From: an uncultured archaeon
GTDB taxonomy: Archaea > Aenigmatarchaeota > Aenigmatarchaeia > QMZP01
Direction: 5' to 3'
Assembly: GCA_964498245.1 (NCBI GenBank)
Contig: CAZCGK010000009.1
Span: 1,607-65,606, forward strand
DNA length: 64,000 nucleotides
The notes under the pieces: generated by a model
The model's database searches: none
What the model saw: only the letters and a program-made list of their open reading frames with translations
Told to the model about the DNA's origin: nothing
Made by a program: the position numbers and the translations under genes
Shown here: in pieces, positions 1-9,367 of the stretch
Numbering within the stretch: the stretch's first letter is position 1
Layout: each line of letters opens with the position of its first letter

Positions 1-883
1 AAGATTTTTTTCTTATTACAATTATTTCCTTTTGATACTTCTCGCTGAGAATGGTTGATATCACTGAAGTAAGATTGAGCTTGGTTTCTATTTTATAAAA
101 GATGACATCTCCTTTCCTTTCCTTCCTCCTTTCAAATTCTTCCAGAAGCCTGTTTATTTCTTTTTCAACCATGCCTTTCCATCTTTGCAGTTTTTCAACC
201 TTAATGAAATCATCGAAATAGTCGTAAAGTGATAAAACCTTCAGAGCGGTTGCAGCCCCTTTCAATCCTTTCAGAGTTACCGCAGAGGAGATGAGCTTTG
301 CAACTTCGGCTAACGGTGAAGTCATAGGATCTTCTTCCAGAAGGTATGGATATTCTTCTTTACACTCTTCTATGATATCTTTACAGTCTTCTGTACCATA
401 ATCGCCTATTATTCCCACAGCAGCCATCCATACGAGATGCGTGACCTTATACCGAAGCTTTTTTAAAAGAACATAAACCATACCTGATGTCGGAATATAC
501 AGGTCTTTATTTTTGAATCTGGGATTTATATGAACGATATTCTCAGAATTCAGATTCTTCTCCGGTATGTGATGATCCAATATCAGAATCCTCAGATCCG
601 GAAGAGCTTTAAAAAGCTTCTTAAGCATTTTTCTTTCCTGATCCACAGGTATGTCCAGAAAAACAATAAGTTCAGGCTTCTTTTCTATCAGAGATTTTGT
701 AAATTCCTCATCCATCAGCGGCCCCTTCCTCGGCATCGTCTCAAAACCGGTAAAGAATTTTAATAGGAGAGCAGCCGAACATATACCATCCGGATCGTTG
801 TGATACAGAAGGAGCTTTTTTCCTGTAAGCTGAAGAAGATTTTTGACGAGCAGAGCTTCCTTTTTTGTTATCGTCCATTTCAT
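1..883 (-). CDS. DHH-family phosphoesterase (RecJ-like), partial; C-terminus lies beyond the window start
   Basis: Minus-strand translation from the ATG at 881-883 gives MKWTITKKEALLVKNLLQ...ILDHHIPEKN... The DHH motif 'LDHH' is present and the frame stays open to position 1. This ORF is not in the supplied ORF track because it is incomplete. Confidence 0.55.
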   Translation of the reverse strand, partial: MKWTITKKEALLVKNLLQLTGKKLLLYHNDPDGICSAALLLKFFTGFETMPRKGPLMDEEFTKSLIEKKPELIVFLDIPVDQERKMLKKLFKALPDLRILILDHHIPEKNLNSENIVHINPRFKNKDLYIPTSGMVYVLLKKLRYKVTHLVWMAAVGIIGDYGTEDCKDIIEECKEEYPYLLEEDPMTSPLAEVAKLISSAVTLKGLKGAATALKVLSLYDYFDDFIKVEKLQRWKGMVEKEINRLLEEFERRKERKGDVIFYKIETKLNLTSVISTILSEKYQKEIIVIRKKS

Positions 884-921
884 AGCTTCTTTTAAATCTT
901 CTATTTTATAATATTTTCGTT

Positions 922-1521
922 ATGGAAGAAGAAATCGGTCGAATTGCAGTAGAAACAGCGAGAAAGGTGATAGATTCCTGGGTAAGGGATAGAATAAAAT
1001 ACACACCAAAAAACCTTCCGGAATTTTTTGATAAGGAACTCGGTGTTTTCGTGAGCATCCACACCTATCCTGAATACGAGCTCAGGGGCTGTATAGGTTT
1101 TGTTGAGCCAAATTTCCCTCTTTCTCATGGTCTTGTGGAGGCAGCGATCTTTGCGACAAGAGACCCTAGGTTTCCTGAACTGAAAGAAGATGAGTTAAAC
1201 AAAATTGTTGTGGAGGTTTCTATATTAACAGAACCCCGTGAAATAAAAGCGGACAGACCCGAGGATATTCCGAAAATGATAAAGATTGGAAGAGATGGAT
1301 TGATAGTGAGAAAGGGTTTTTATAACGGTTTGCTCCTTCCGCAGGTTGCGGTAGAGCACGGTATGGATGAAGAAATGTTTTTGTGCAACACATGCATCAA
1401 GGCAGGGTTGCAGCCATATGAATGGAGAGATAAAAAAACACGGGTATACGTTTTCAGTGCGGAGGTTTTCTGTGAAGAAAAGCCCCATGGCAGAATCATA
1501 AAAAAGGAATTAAAGACTTAA
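922..1521 (+). CDS. AMMECR1-domain protein
   Basis: Contains the conserved 'LRGCIGFVEP' motif typical of the AMMECR1 family. Length of 199 aa fits. Confidence 0.7.
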   Translation: MEEEIGRIAVETARKVIDSWVRDRIKYTPKNLPEFFDKELGVFVSIHTYPEYELRGCIGFVEPNFPLSHGLVEAAIFATRDPRFPELKEDELNKIVVEVSILTEPREIKADRPEDIPKMIKIGRDGLIVRKGFYNGLLLPQVAVEHGMDEEMFLCNTCIKAGLQPYEWRDKKTRVYVFSAEVFCEEKPHGRIIKKELKT

Positions 1522-1575
1522 AAATTTTCTCGTATTATTTTTTATTGTAATTTCCAGTAGCAGCAGAGGTCGGGC

Positions 1576-2076
1576 ATGACAAAAACACTACAATTTTCAA
1601 AGATAACAAAAAATATGTACATTTCAAAAGAAGCAGGTCAAATATTGAGAGGAATAGAATCAAAATTAGAGAGATATAACAAAAAACATGCTGAAGAACT
1701 ATTTGAGATTCTTCAAAGCAAAGAGAAGCTGGAATATCCTCCCTTGATTGCTCCGATATCTGCAGAAATAACAACCACCCCAAAGGGAAAATATAATATT
1801 TTTCCAGAGTTTAAAAAAAGATTTCTCAGAAAATATCCCGGATTCAAAGAAGAGTTTGAAAAGATAGAAAACAGCATAGCTAAGGATAAAATTCACGCAA
1901 TATTATTAAAACCTCAAAGAAAGCTTAGTGATGATGAGTATATAGAAGTTATAAAAGATATCACAGGATATGAAGAAAAGGTAGCAGAAACACTTTACAG
2001 GGACATCATAGCAACATCTAAGACTTTCAACCGCCCGCTTGAGGAAAGAGTTTACAAAATAAGGATAAAGAAATGA
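1576..2076 (+). CDS. hypothetical protein
   Basis: 166-aa ORF with charged, protein-like composition. No recognisable motif. Confidence 0.45.
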   Translation: MTKTLQFSKITKNMYISKEAGQILRGIESKLERYNKKHAEELFEILQSKEKLEYPPLIAPISAEITTTPKGKYNIFPEFKKRFLRKYPGFKEEFEKIENSIAKDKIHAILLKPQRKLSDDEYIEVIKDITGYEEKVAETLYRDIIATSKTFNRPLEERVYKIRIKK

Positions 2077-2077
2077 G

Positions 2078-2314
2078 CTATTTATTTTTCTTCAGTCTTA
2101 GATTTATGTATTTACCGCTACTGTAGTCAAATTTTAACCACCCATCCGCTACATACTCATTAATGAAATCTCTGAGCGGATAATTTGGAGCAATTCTAAA
2201 AATACCGCCCCTTCTTATCACTTCATCTTCAAGTTCCTCCATGGTAAACTCTTCTCTGGTTTTCAAGAATTCAACAGCTGTCCAAAAACATATCATTTTC
2301 CGATCCTTTGCCAT
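2078..2314 (-). CDS. hypothetical small protein
   Basis: 78-aa ORF fitting exactly between neighbouring genes. Confidence 0.35.
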   Translation of the reverse strand: MAKDRKMICFWTAVEFLKTREEFTMEELEDEVIRRGGIFRIAPNYPLRDFINEYVADGWLKFDYSSGKYINLRLKKNK

Positions 2315-2388
2315 TATCCACTCCTTTGAGCCTTCATTGAATCCTAGATTATAATAAAAAACCGGGACTTATAAAAATTTGTTAAATT

Positions 2389-3096
2389 TTAAAATATCCT
2401 GAACCCGGCTGGTTTTATACCCTCATCAACGATGATGAATTTTGCACTCTTTCCTTCAGGCATGTACCGGTGTTTTGTTATAGTTGCTTTCCTTTCAGAC
2501 ATCTTACCGGTTCTCTCCAGCAAAACCATAACCTTTGACCAGTATTTAATGACCTCACCGCCTATTATCTCTTCTTCTCCGGTATCCCAGTTACTGAACA
2601 CATGTGCAGTTATCACAACCGGTATGTTTTTTTCTCTGGCTATATTTGATAAAATAGAGAGCTGTCGTGAAAGTTCGCGATTTGCTTCCATAATCTGTGT
2701 GTTCAGACGCTTTAATTCACCATTTCTGGTTTCCGAATACTCTATTCTGTAAAGAGCGACCATAGAATCCACTATAATCATATCTGCATGTTGCTTGGAA
2801 AGATGTCTTATAATCCTGCCCTGTTCTTCAAAAGTACTGGGTTCGACAAGTTTTATTTTTTTCAGAAGAATGTTATAATCTTCTGGTTCAATCTGCTTTA
2901 CTCTTTCAAGAGAAAATCCACCTTCGGAATCCACATAAATTACTTCACCCCCCAGTTTTGCACATCTCAGAGCAGAGATAAGGCATATATTTGTCTTTCC
3001 GGTTCCTGGACCACCATAAAAATTAGTCAAAGACCTTGATTTGAGCCCACCGATAAGCATGTTCAGAGGCTCTGGCAACGGTATGGTCATGTTCAT
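2389..3096 (-). CDS. radB: DNA repair/recombination protein RadB (short RecA/RadA paralog)
   Basis: Walker A 'GGPGTGKTNICL' and Walker B 'MIIVDS' are present. The 235-aa length with no N-terminal HhH domain matches archaeal RadB. Confidence 0.8.
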   Translation of the reverse strand: MNMTIPLPEPLNMLIGGLKSRSLTNFYGGPGTGKTNICLISALRCAKLGGEVIYVDSEGGFSLERVKQIEPEDYNILLKKIKLVEPSTFEEQGRIIRHLSKQHADMIIVDSMVALYRIEYSETRNGELKRLNTQIMEANRELSRQLSILSNIAREKNIPVVITAHVFSNWDTGEEEIIGGEVIKYWSKVMVLLERTGKMSERKATITKHRYMPEGKSAKFIIVDEGIKPAGFRIF

Positions 3097-3131
3097 GATG
3101 AAATTAAATTGGTTTTAAGATTTAAATCAAT

Positions 3132-4226
3132 GTGAAAAATATTATTTTCATGGACATCGAAAATCGTCTCAGACTCATAAAGGAAGTCGGAGAAGAAATA
3201 ATAACAGAGGAAGAACTGAGACAGCTTCTCGAAACAAAAACCAAGCCTGTAGCCTATGACGGTTTCGAACCTTCTGGACAGATGCATATAGCTCAGGGAA
3301 TACTCAGAGCGATTAACGTAAACAAAATGCTTGAAGCCGGATGCAGGTTTAAATTTCTTGTCGCTGATTGGTTTGCCTGGATGAACAATAAGATGGGAGG
3401 AGATCTTGAAAAGATAAAAAAGGTCGGGGAATACATGATAGAGGTCTGGAAGGCCTCGGGTATGAATGTTGAAAAGGTTGAATTCATATGGAGCAGCGAA
3501 GTGGTTCAAAATGAAGAATACTGGAAGAAGGTGATAAATATCGCCAGAAACTGCACACTGAGAAGAATAATTCGATGCTCTCAGATAATGGGAAGGAAGG
3601 AAACCGAGATTTTGAGCGCGGCGCAGATTTTTTATCCCTGTATGCAGGCAGCTGATATTTTTCATCTAAAGGTAGATATTACCCAGCTGGGTATGGACCA
3701 GAGAAAGGTGAACATGCTTGCCAGAGAAATTGGTCCGAAACTCGGTTTCTGGAAACCTGTTGTGGTTTCACATCACATGCTTATGGGCCTCCTTCCACCC
3801 CCATCAAATGATAAACCAAAAGATGAAAGGATGATGGAGATGAAAATGTCCAAGAGCATACCAGATTCTGCAATATTCATGACGGATTCAGAAGAGGATA
3901 TAAAAAGAAAGATCCAAAAGGCATACTGTCCTCCAAAAGAAGTGAATGAAAATCCCATAATAGAGTATTGCAGATATATTATTTTTGAAAAATTTGATAC
4001 AATGCATATCAAACGTCCGAAAAAATTCGGTGGAGACCTGGAAATACAGAGTTTTGAAGAACTCGTGAAACTTTATTCCTCAGGCGAACTCCACCCGGCT
4101 GACCTTAAAAATACAGTTTCCGAGTACATCAACCAACTTGTAGAACCGGTCAGAAAGCACTTCAAACACAACAAGCATGCCAAAAAACTCGAAGAATTTG
4201 TGAAACAGCAAATGGTGACAAGATAG
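3132..4226 (+). CDS. tyrS: tyrosyl-tRNA synthetase, archaeal type
   Basis: Shows 'FEPSGQMHIAQG' (the HIGH-region equivalent) and 'KMSKSIPDSAIFMTD' (KMSKS). The C-terminal 'KRPKKFGGDLEIQSFEELVKLYSSGELHPADLKN' closely resembles archaeal TyrRS. Confidence 0.85.
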   Translation: MKNIIFMDIENRLRLIKEVGEEIITEEELRQLLETKTKPVAYDGFEPSGQMHIAQGILRAINVNKMLEAGCRFKFLVADWFAWMNNKMGGDLEKIKKVGEYMIEVWKASGMNVEKVEFIWSSEVVQNEEYWKKVINIARNCTLRRIIRCSQIMGRKETEILSAAQIFYPCMQAADIFHLKVDITQLGMDQRKVNMLAREIGPKLGFWKPVVVSHHMLMGLLPPPSNDKPKDERMMEMKMSKSIPDSAIFMTDSEEDIKRKIQKAYCPPKEVNENPIIEYCRYIIFEKFDTMHIKRPKKFGGDLEIQSFEELVKLYSSGELHPADLKNTVSEYINQLVEPVRKHFKHNKHAKKLEEFVKQQMVTR

Positions 4227-4262
4227 AAGAAATTTAAAACCAATGATTCTCAAATAAATACC

Positions 4263-5375
4263 ATGGTTGTAAACATAGATCCTTGGGGAAGCGTACAGGT
4301 TGAGGATTATAACAAGCTTATAGAGGAGTTCGGTATAAAACCTTTTGAAAAATTCAGAAGTATTTTACCTGATCTTCCTGTGTTTATGAGAAGAGGTGTA
4401 GTTTTTGGTCACAGAGATTTCGAGAGAATAGCGGAATGTCTCAAAGAGGGTAAAGAATTTGCAATGATGACAGGACTAATGCCCTCAGGCAAGTTTCATT
4501 TGGGTCATAAACTGGTTGCGGAGCAGATAATCTATTATCAGAAATCGGGAGCAAAAATATTTCTCTGTGTTGCGGATATAGAAGCATACAACATGAGGAG
4601 AATGTCACTCGAAGAATTAAAAAGAATAGCCATAGAGGAATACCTTCTGAATTACATAGCCTTGGGTCTTAAACCCAAAAACTGTGATTTCTATTTTCAA
4701 AGCCAGCGATCCAAAGACGGTGAAAAATCCTCTGCATATTACAGATTGGCAGAGATCTCTGCCAGATCGGTTACTTTGAATGAAATGAAAGCCATATACG
4801 GAGATACATCTCCGGCTAAAATCGTTTCTGTTCTCATGCAGGTTTCGGATATTCTTCACCCACAGCTCCCGGAATTTGGTGGACCAAAACCGGTTATTGT
4901 TCCTGTAGGCGTAGATCAAGACCCGCACATAAGGCTCACAAGAGATATAGCTTCACGTTTGGGCTCTACATTCGATTTCATACCCCCAAGCTCAACCTAT
5001 CATAAATTCATGCCCGGTTTAAAACGTGGAAAAATGTCATCCAGCGATCCCATGTCCTATATAGCGCTTACGGATGACCCTGAAACCGTGAAATACAAAA
5101 TAATGAAGCATGCATTCTCCGGCGGAGGAAATACCATAGAAGAGCACAGAAAAAAAGGTGGAAATCCGGATGTGGACGTTGCCTATCAGATTCTGTATTT
5201 CGGTTTCGAGCCTGATGATAGAAAATTGAAAAAAATTCATGATGATTACAGGTCCGGAAAACTTCTCACCGGCGAGCTTAAGATGTATACCATAGAAAAA
5301 ATCAACAAGTTTCTCGAAAAGCATAAAGAAAAACTCGAAAAAGCAAAGGATAAGGTAGATGAGTTTTTAAACTGA
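4263..5375 (+). CDS. trpS: tryptophanyl-tRNA synthetase, archaeal type
   Basis: Shows 'GLMPSGKFHLGH' (HIGH-like) and 'KMSSSDP' (KMSKS variant). The 370-aa length is typical of archaeal TrpRS. Confidence 0.8.
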   Translation: MVVNIDPWGSVQVEDYNKLIEEFGIKPFEKFRSILPDLPVFMRRGVVFGHRDFERIAECLKEGKEFAMMTGLMPSGKFHLGHKLVAEQIIYYQKSGAKIFLCVADIEAYNMRRMSLEELKRIAIEEYLLNYIALGLKPKNCDFYFQSQRSKDGEKSSAYYRLAEISARSVTLNEMKAIYGDTSPAKIVSVLMQVSDILHPQLPEFGGPKPVIVPVGVDQDPHIRLTRDIASRLGSTFDFIPPSSTYHKFMPGLKRGKMSSSDPMSYIALTDDPETVKYKIMKHAFSGGGNTIEEHRKKGGNPDVDVAYQILYFGFEPDDRKLKKIHDDYRSGKLLTGELKMYTIEKINKFLEKHKEKLEKAKDKVDEFLN

Positions 5376-5399
5376 AAAGAAGTATAATAAATCAAGCAT

Positions 5400-5570
5400 G
5401 CGAGGGTGCCCGAGCGGCCAAATCAAAGGCCAGAGGGGCAGGACTTAAGTTTTAGAAAAAACTTAAGTGTTGATTCGCTCAAGAAGATGAGAAATCCTGT
5501 GGCTTAGAACCCTTTCGCGAGATGCGAAAGGTGGGAAGTGCCTTCCTGGGTTCGAATCCCAGCCCTCGCA
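5400..5570 (+). tRNA. tRNA-Leu (anticodon UAA inferred), 171 nt, with a roughly 44-nt intron after position 37 and a second insertion in the variable-arm region
   Basis: The acceptor 5' arm GCGAGGG pairs with the 3' arm CCCTCGC followed by discriminator A. The T-arm is CTGGG-TTCGAAT-CCCAG. The anticodon stem is CAGGA...TCCTG, with loop CTTAAG followed by an intervening sequence. The D-loop GAGCGGCCAAA resembles class II Leu. An extra hairpin, CCTTTCGC-gagat-GCGAAAGG, sits in the variable region. Confidence 0.7.
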
Positions 5571-5600
5571 TTTTTATTTTTTACGTTGCCATACCTTATT

Positions 5601-6044
5601 ATGAGTTTAATCAAATGTGAAAGCCTGAATGAATTTTTTTATGAGCAAATCGAAAAACACGGAAAGTTTCTAAGTCCAACAGCAAGATTTTATGTTTCCG
5701 AACTTCTTTCAAATCTGGGAAACCCTCAAAAGCTTATCTCCCACGCTCTGGAAGAATATACAGAAAAATCTCTTACCTTGATGCTCAAAGATGCCGTGGA
5801 GGCAGAAGATAGATTCAAAAGCTTTTATCTTCACAGAAAACTCGGTGATTTGTGTTTAGTTTTAGGAGGAATTTACAAAATACCGAATGTAAGCGATGAT
5901 CTTATTATATACCTTGGAGAGGAAGGATACAGGGGGGCATCTCTATATTATCCATGGAAAGGATTTCTTAGTGTGTATCCGGAATTATGCGAAAAATTCT
6001 CCATGACAATGGAGGCTTTGAGAAAACTTGAAATAAAAATCTAA
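5601..6044 (+). CDS. hypothetical protein (start trimmed to the internal Met, because the upstream ORF extension overlaps the tRNA)
   Basis: ORF 5538..6044; the first 21 codons overlap the tRNA 3' end, so MSLIKCESL... at 5601 is the more plausible start. Confidence 0.4.
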   Translation: MSLIKCESLNEFFYEQIEKHGKFLSPTARFYVSELLSNLGNPQKLISHALEEYTEKSLTLMLKDAVEAEDRFKSFYLHRKLGDLCLVLGGIYKIPNVSDDLIIYLGEEGYRGASLYYPWKGFLSVYPELCEKFSMTMEALRKLEIKI

Positions 6045-6271
6045 AAACACAGCTCCTGATCTTCATCCGATTCCATTATGTACCTGTAAAATGCCTTTTC
6101 CACCACTATCTGTTTTTTTGGTTTGTTGGAGATGAGGGTTACAAGTTTTTCCAGAAGACGAATTCTTTCCATAAGCTGTTGAGTCATCTGCCTGTGTATA
6201 GCATCAAGCTCCTGATTTATATCCCTGAGTTCTTCCATCATTCTTTCAAGTTCTTCAAATTCTTTTTTCAT
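6041..6271 (-). CDS. hypothetical coiled-coil protein
   Basis: 76 aa, rich in E/L/R heptads (EELERMMEELRDINQELDAIHRQM). Confidence 0.35.
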   Translation of the reverse strand: MKKEFEELERMMEELRDINQELDAIHRQMTQQLMERIRLLEKLVTLISNKPKKQIVVEKAFYRYIMESDEDQELCF

Positions 6272-6364
6272 ATAATCACTACCAAATGGTTAATAAAAAG
6301 ATTTTTAAATCTTTCGGAGCAGAAATCCAAACGATTAAATTTCTGTTATAACAAAAAATATAAT

Positions 6365-7171
6365 ATGCTTGAATCCTTTCTGGACTTCAAAGAAATAAAG
6401 AACAGACCCCATATGATGCTCATCTGGGCGGTTATAATATCCAGTATAGCTGTTCTCATAAGCGCTCAGATCTCATATAAAGTGCTTATCGGTGAAACAA
6501 TCTTTAACCTTTCTGGCCTTTTTTCGGTCTTGTTTACGATCATACCCGCGGCGTATTTTTTGACGGTAATGATAAAAAGAGAAGAAGCCCTGGAAGAGAA
6601 GGAAATAATAAGGTATCACAAGAAGAGTTTCTGGGAAAAACATAAACTCCATCTAATATGGACAAGTTTGTTTTTTATCGGACTAACCCTGAGCTTTGCC
6701 TTCTGGTGCCTTGTACTGCCAGAGGATTTTTTCCAGGTACAGCACAATAAAATAGATCAGATTCAGGGAAGGATCACAGGAGAATACATAAGAGGCGACT
6801 TCAACAGCTTTGTTAGAATAGTGTATAACAACCTTCAGGTTATGATTTTTGCATTCCTTTTCTCGCTCATATTCGGTGCAGGGGCTGTATTTATAATAAC
6901 ATGGAATGCATCAATACTTGGTGTTGCAATAGCAAGAAATTGTAAACACATAGCCGAAATTCCTCTCGTAGGTCTGGGATACCTTCCTCACGGCCTTCCG
7001 GAAATAGCCGCATACCTCCTTGCAGGTTTGGCAGGTGGAATAATATCAGCGGCTGTGATAAAGAGAAATGATTGGAGGGTTCTAAAAGTGATAATAATGG
7101 ATAGTCTGAAACTCCTTGTGCTCGCTTCAATTCTTATAGTGATAGCGGGTATAATCGAGGTTTATCTATAA
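6365..7171 (+). CDS. integral membrane protein, SpoIIM/DUF95-like
   Basis: Multiple transmembrane segments. The patterns 'IFAFLFSLIFGAGAVFIITWNASILG' and 'GLPEIAAYLLAGLAGG' resemble the stage-II-sporulation-M family. Start moved to the internal ATG at 6365 to avoid overlap with the antisense ORF. Confidence 0.45.
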   Translation: MLESFLDFKEIKNRPHMMLIWAVIISSIAVLISAQISYKVLIGETIFNLSGLFSVLFTIIPAAYFLTVMIKREEALEEKEIIRYHKKSFWEKHKLHLIWTSLFFIGLTLSFAFWCLVLPEDFFQVQHNKIDQIQGRITGEYIRGDFNSFVRIVYNNLQVMIFAFLFSLIFGAGAVFIITWNASILGVAIARNCKHIAEIPLVGLGYLPHGLPEIAAYLLAGLAGGIISAAVIKRNDWRVLKVIIMDSLKLLVLASILIVIAGIIEVYL

Positions 7172-7188
7172 AATTCAATTTTTCGAAT

Positions 7189-7704
7189 TCAGCAAAAACC
7201 GAAAACCGTAAGTATCCAGCCCACGCTGTAATACCCAGCCCACGCGAGTATAAGACCTGCCAGAGTTTTGCCCGTCAGAGTAGCAAGGAAAAACCTTTTT
7301 ATATTATAATTCATCATTCCTGCAAGAATCCCTATTATGTCAAAAGGCAAGGGTGTTGCGGCAAATAGAACTATTATCACAAATGCACCGTGTGTTTCTA
7401 TCCATTTTCTTGCTTTATTAAGAAGTTTCAGATGTTTTTTGTTTACAATCCTTCTCCCCCCTCTTCCCAAAATATAAGAAGTCATTTCTCCTATTGCAGA
7501 ACCAAGTCCAGCAACCATCCCTACAATCCAGGGATTGAATCCCGGCATACCTCCGAGAAAAAAATTCACAGCAAATGCAGGCACAGGAAAGAATATACTC
7601 ATCGACCCTATTACTTCAACCAAGAAAAGTCCCAAGTAACCCCAGGTTATTATTAGAGAATTTGCCCATTCCGCAAATCCTCCAGCAATTCCAACAACAT
7701 CCAT
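7189..7704 (-). CDS. DedA/SNARE-associated (TVP38/TMEM64) family membrane protein
   Basis: Contains 'FFPVPAFAVNFFLGGMPGFNPWIVGMVAGLGSAIGEMTSYILGRGGRR', the DedA signature. Confidence 0.7.
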   Translation of the reverse strand: MDVVGIAGGFAEWANSLIITWGYLGLFLVEVIGSMSIFFPVPAFAVNFFLGGMPGFNPWIVGMVAGLGSAIGEMTSYILGRGGRRIVNKKHLKLLNKARKWIETHGAFVIIVLFAATPLPFDIIGILAGMMNYNIKRFFLATLTGKTLAGLILAWAGYYSVGWILTVFGFC

Positions 7705-7738
7705 AAACTAATTTTAATTCATATGCATAATTAAATAT

Positions 7739-8158
7739 ATGCCCGTAGAAACCCATAGCTTTGTTATAGAATCAAAACCGGATATGGATATAATAGAGAT
7801 TACAGATAAAGTTGCAGAGGCTGTAGAAAAATCCAAAATAAATTCCGGAATAGTAACCATATTTATCCCTGGGTCAACAGCTTCTGTGACAACCACGGAA
7901 TACGAACCCAATCTCAATTCTGACTTGAAAAATGCGGTTGAAAGACTTGTGCCTTCAAATATTGAATACAAACACAAAGAAACATGGGGTGATGACAACG
8001 GTAAATCCCACATCAGAGCGAGTCTTTTCAAGCCATGCCTGATTGTACCTTTTGTGAACAAAAAACTGCTTTTAGGAACGTGGCAGAACATAGTTGTTCT
8101 GGATTTCGATGTTCCTGCGAGAAAAAGAGAAGTGATACTCCAGATCTTGGGAGAATAA
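7739..8158 (+). CDS. YjbQ/UPF0047 family protein (secondary thiamine-phosphate synthase-like)
   Basis: 139 aa. 'GIVTIFIPGSTASVTTTEYEPN...HIRASL' matches the YjbQ fold signature. Confidence 0.75.
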   Translation: MPVETHSFVIESKPDMDIIEITDKVAEAVEKSKINSGIVTIFIPGSTASVTTTEYEPNLNSDLKNAVERLVPSNIEYKHKETWGDDNGKSHIRASLFKPCLIVPFVNKKLLLGTWQNIVVLDFDVPARKREVILQILGE

Positions 8159-8183
8159 AGTCTCAGGAGGTGGTGAGTTTTAA

Positions 8184-9149
8184 CTAAAGAGCTTCTATTG
8201 TTGAGGGCGGTTTTTTTGTTATGTTATAGGTGACGCTTACAATACCCGGTACCTCCTTTGTCAACCTTTCTGCCAATTTATCTAAAGTTTCATAAGGAAG
8301 TCTTGTTGGAGATGCCGTCCTTCCATCATTACTATCCCAACACCTCACCTCTAATTGCAATCCGTAATCTCGTTTTCCTTCCCTTATTCCGGTAACTCTG
8401 TCTTCGTGCAGAACAGCCAAATATTGAAATGCTTTTGTATTCGATAATTCATCTTCAACAATTTTTGTTGCTTTTCTTATAATCTCCACTTTCTCTGGTG
8501 TAACTTCCCCTATTATCCTCGCCGCTAAAGCAGGACCCGGAAAGGGCGGTCTGTTATATATTTCTTCAGGCAATCCAAGAGCCTTTGCAACTTCCCTTAT
8601 TGCCGATTTTCTGAGCTGAATTAACGGTTCTATAACTTTGTAACCATACACCTCCTCTGCATCAATCCCAAGCTGTTCAAGTACATTGTGCTGCCTTTTA
8701 ATTCCCGAAACGGTTTCCTCCACATCCGTATAATTTGTGCCTTGAAGAAGGTATTTTACACCGGTTTTTCTTACCAAAGGACCAAAAACATCCTTGTAAA
8801 ATACCTGCGTGATTGCTTCTCTCTTTTCTTCTGGATCTGTAAGACCTTTTAATCTCTCAAAGAAAACCTCCTTTGCATCTATAAGCTCCACATCCACTCC
8901 CAAATTTTTAAACAGTGAAACAATATATTCTGCTTCGCCTTCTCTCATCAAACCGTTATCAATGAAATATGTTTTGAGCCTGTTACCCAGAGCTTTATAC
9001 CCAAGCATCGTAACGGTTGAAGAATCAACACCACCCGACAGTGCACTGATGGCCAAGTCATCACCAACAATTGAAGAAATTTCTCGAACTTTCTCTTCAA
9101 TAAACCTTTCGGGATTTAATTCTCCCAGGGTTATTTCTTTAATTTTCAT
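8184..9149 (-). CDS. guaAb: GMP synthase subunit B (ATP pyrophosphatase, archaeal split form)
   Basis: Contains the PP-loop 'ISALSGGVDSSTV'. The 321-aa length and absence of a GATase domain match archaeal guaAb. Confidence 0.85.
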   Translation of the reverse strand: MKIKEITLGELNPERFIEEKVREISSIVGDDLAISALSGGVDSSTVTMLGYKALGNRLKTYFIDNGLMREGEAEYIVSLFKNLGVDVELIDAKEVFFERLKGLTDPEEKREAITQVFYKDVFGPLVRKTGVKYLLQGTNYTDVEETVSGIKRQHNVLEQLGIDAEEVYGYKVIEPLIQLRKSAIREVAKALGLPEEIYNRPPFPGPALAARIIGEVTPEKVEIIRKATKIVEDELSNTKAFQYLAVLHEDRVTGIREGKRDYGLQLEVRCWDSNDGRTASPTRLPYETLDKLAERLTKEVPGIVSVTYNITKKPPSTIEAL

Positions 9150-9245
9150 AATGATTTATTGAAGAAAAATCAGTTATTTAAATTTTTAAGCAGGTCTTAT
9201 TGAGTTAAAAGTTTTAATATCAACCTTTAATATTCGATAGATAAA

Positions 9246-9366
9246 GGGACCGTGGTGTAGTTTGATCGGTTTCGAGTTTCAGAACCGATCCTGTATTGGT
9301 CTAGCATTCGGGCTTCGGGTCTTTGGAGAAAAAGCCCGCGACCTGGGTTCAAATCCCAGCGGTCCC
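9246..9366 (+). tRNA. tRNA-Pro (anticodon CGG inferred), 121 nt, with an unusual D-loop intron plus a short anticodon-loop intron
   Basis: Acceptor GGGACCG pairs with CGGTCCC followed by A. The T-arm is CTGGG-TTCAAAT-CCCAG. The D-region GTGTAGTT...TGGTCTAGCAT is interrupted by a roughly 32-nt hairpin (gatcggtttcgagtttcagaaccgatc). The anticodon stem CGGGC/GCCCG encloses loop TTCGGG plus a roughly 13-nt insert. Confidence 0.65.
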
Positions 9367-9367
9367 A

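Noticed and set aside
530-763. 77-aa plus-strand ORF.
   Set aside because: It lies wholly inside the better-supported minus-strand DHH phosphoesterase partial gene, and its composition is not protein-like.
3093-3665. 190-aa minus-strand ORF.
   Set aside because: It is antisense to the TyrRS gene, which has strong motif support.
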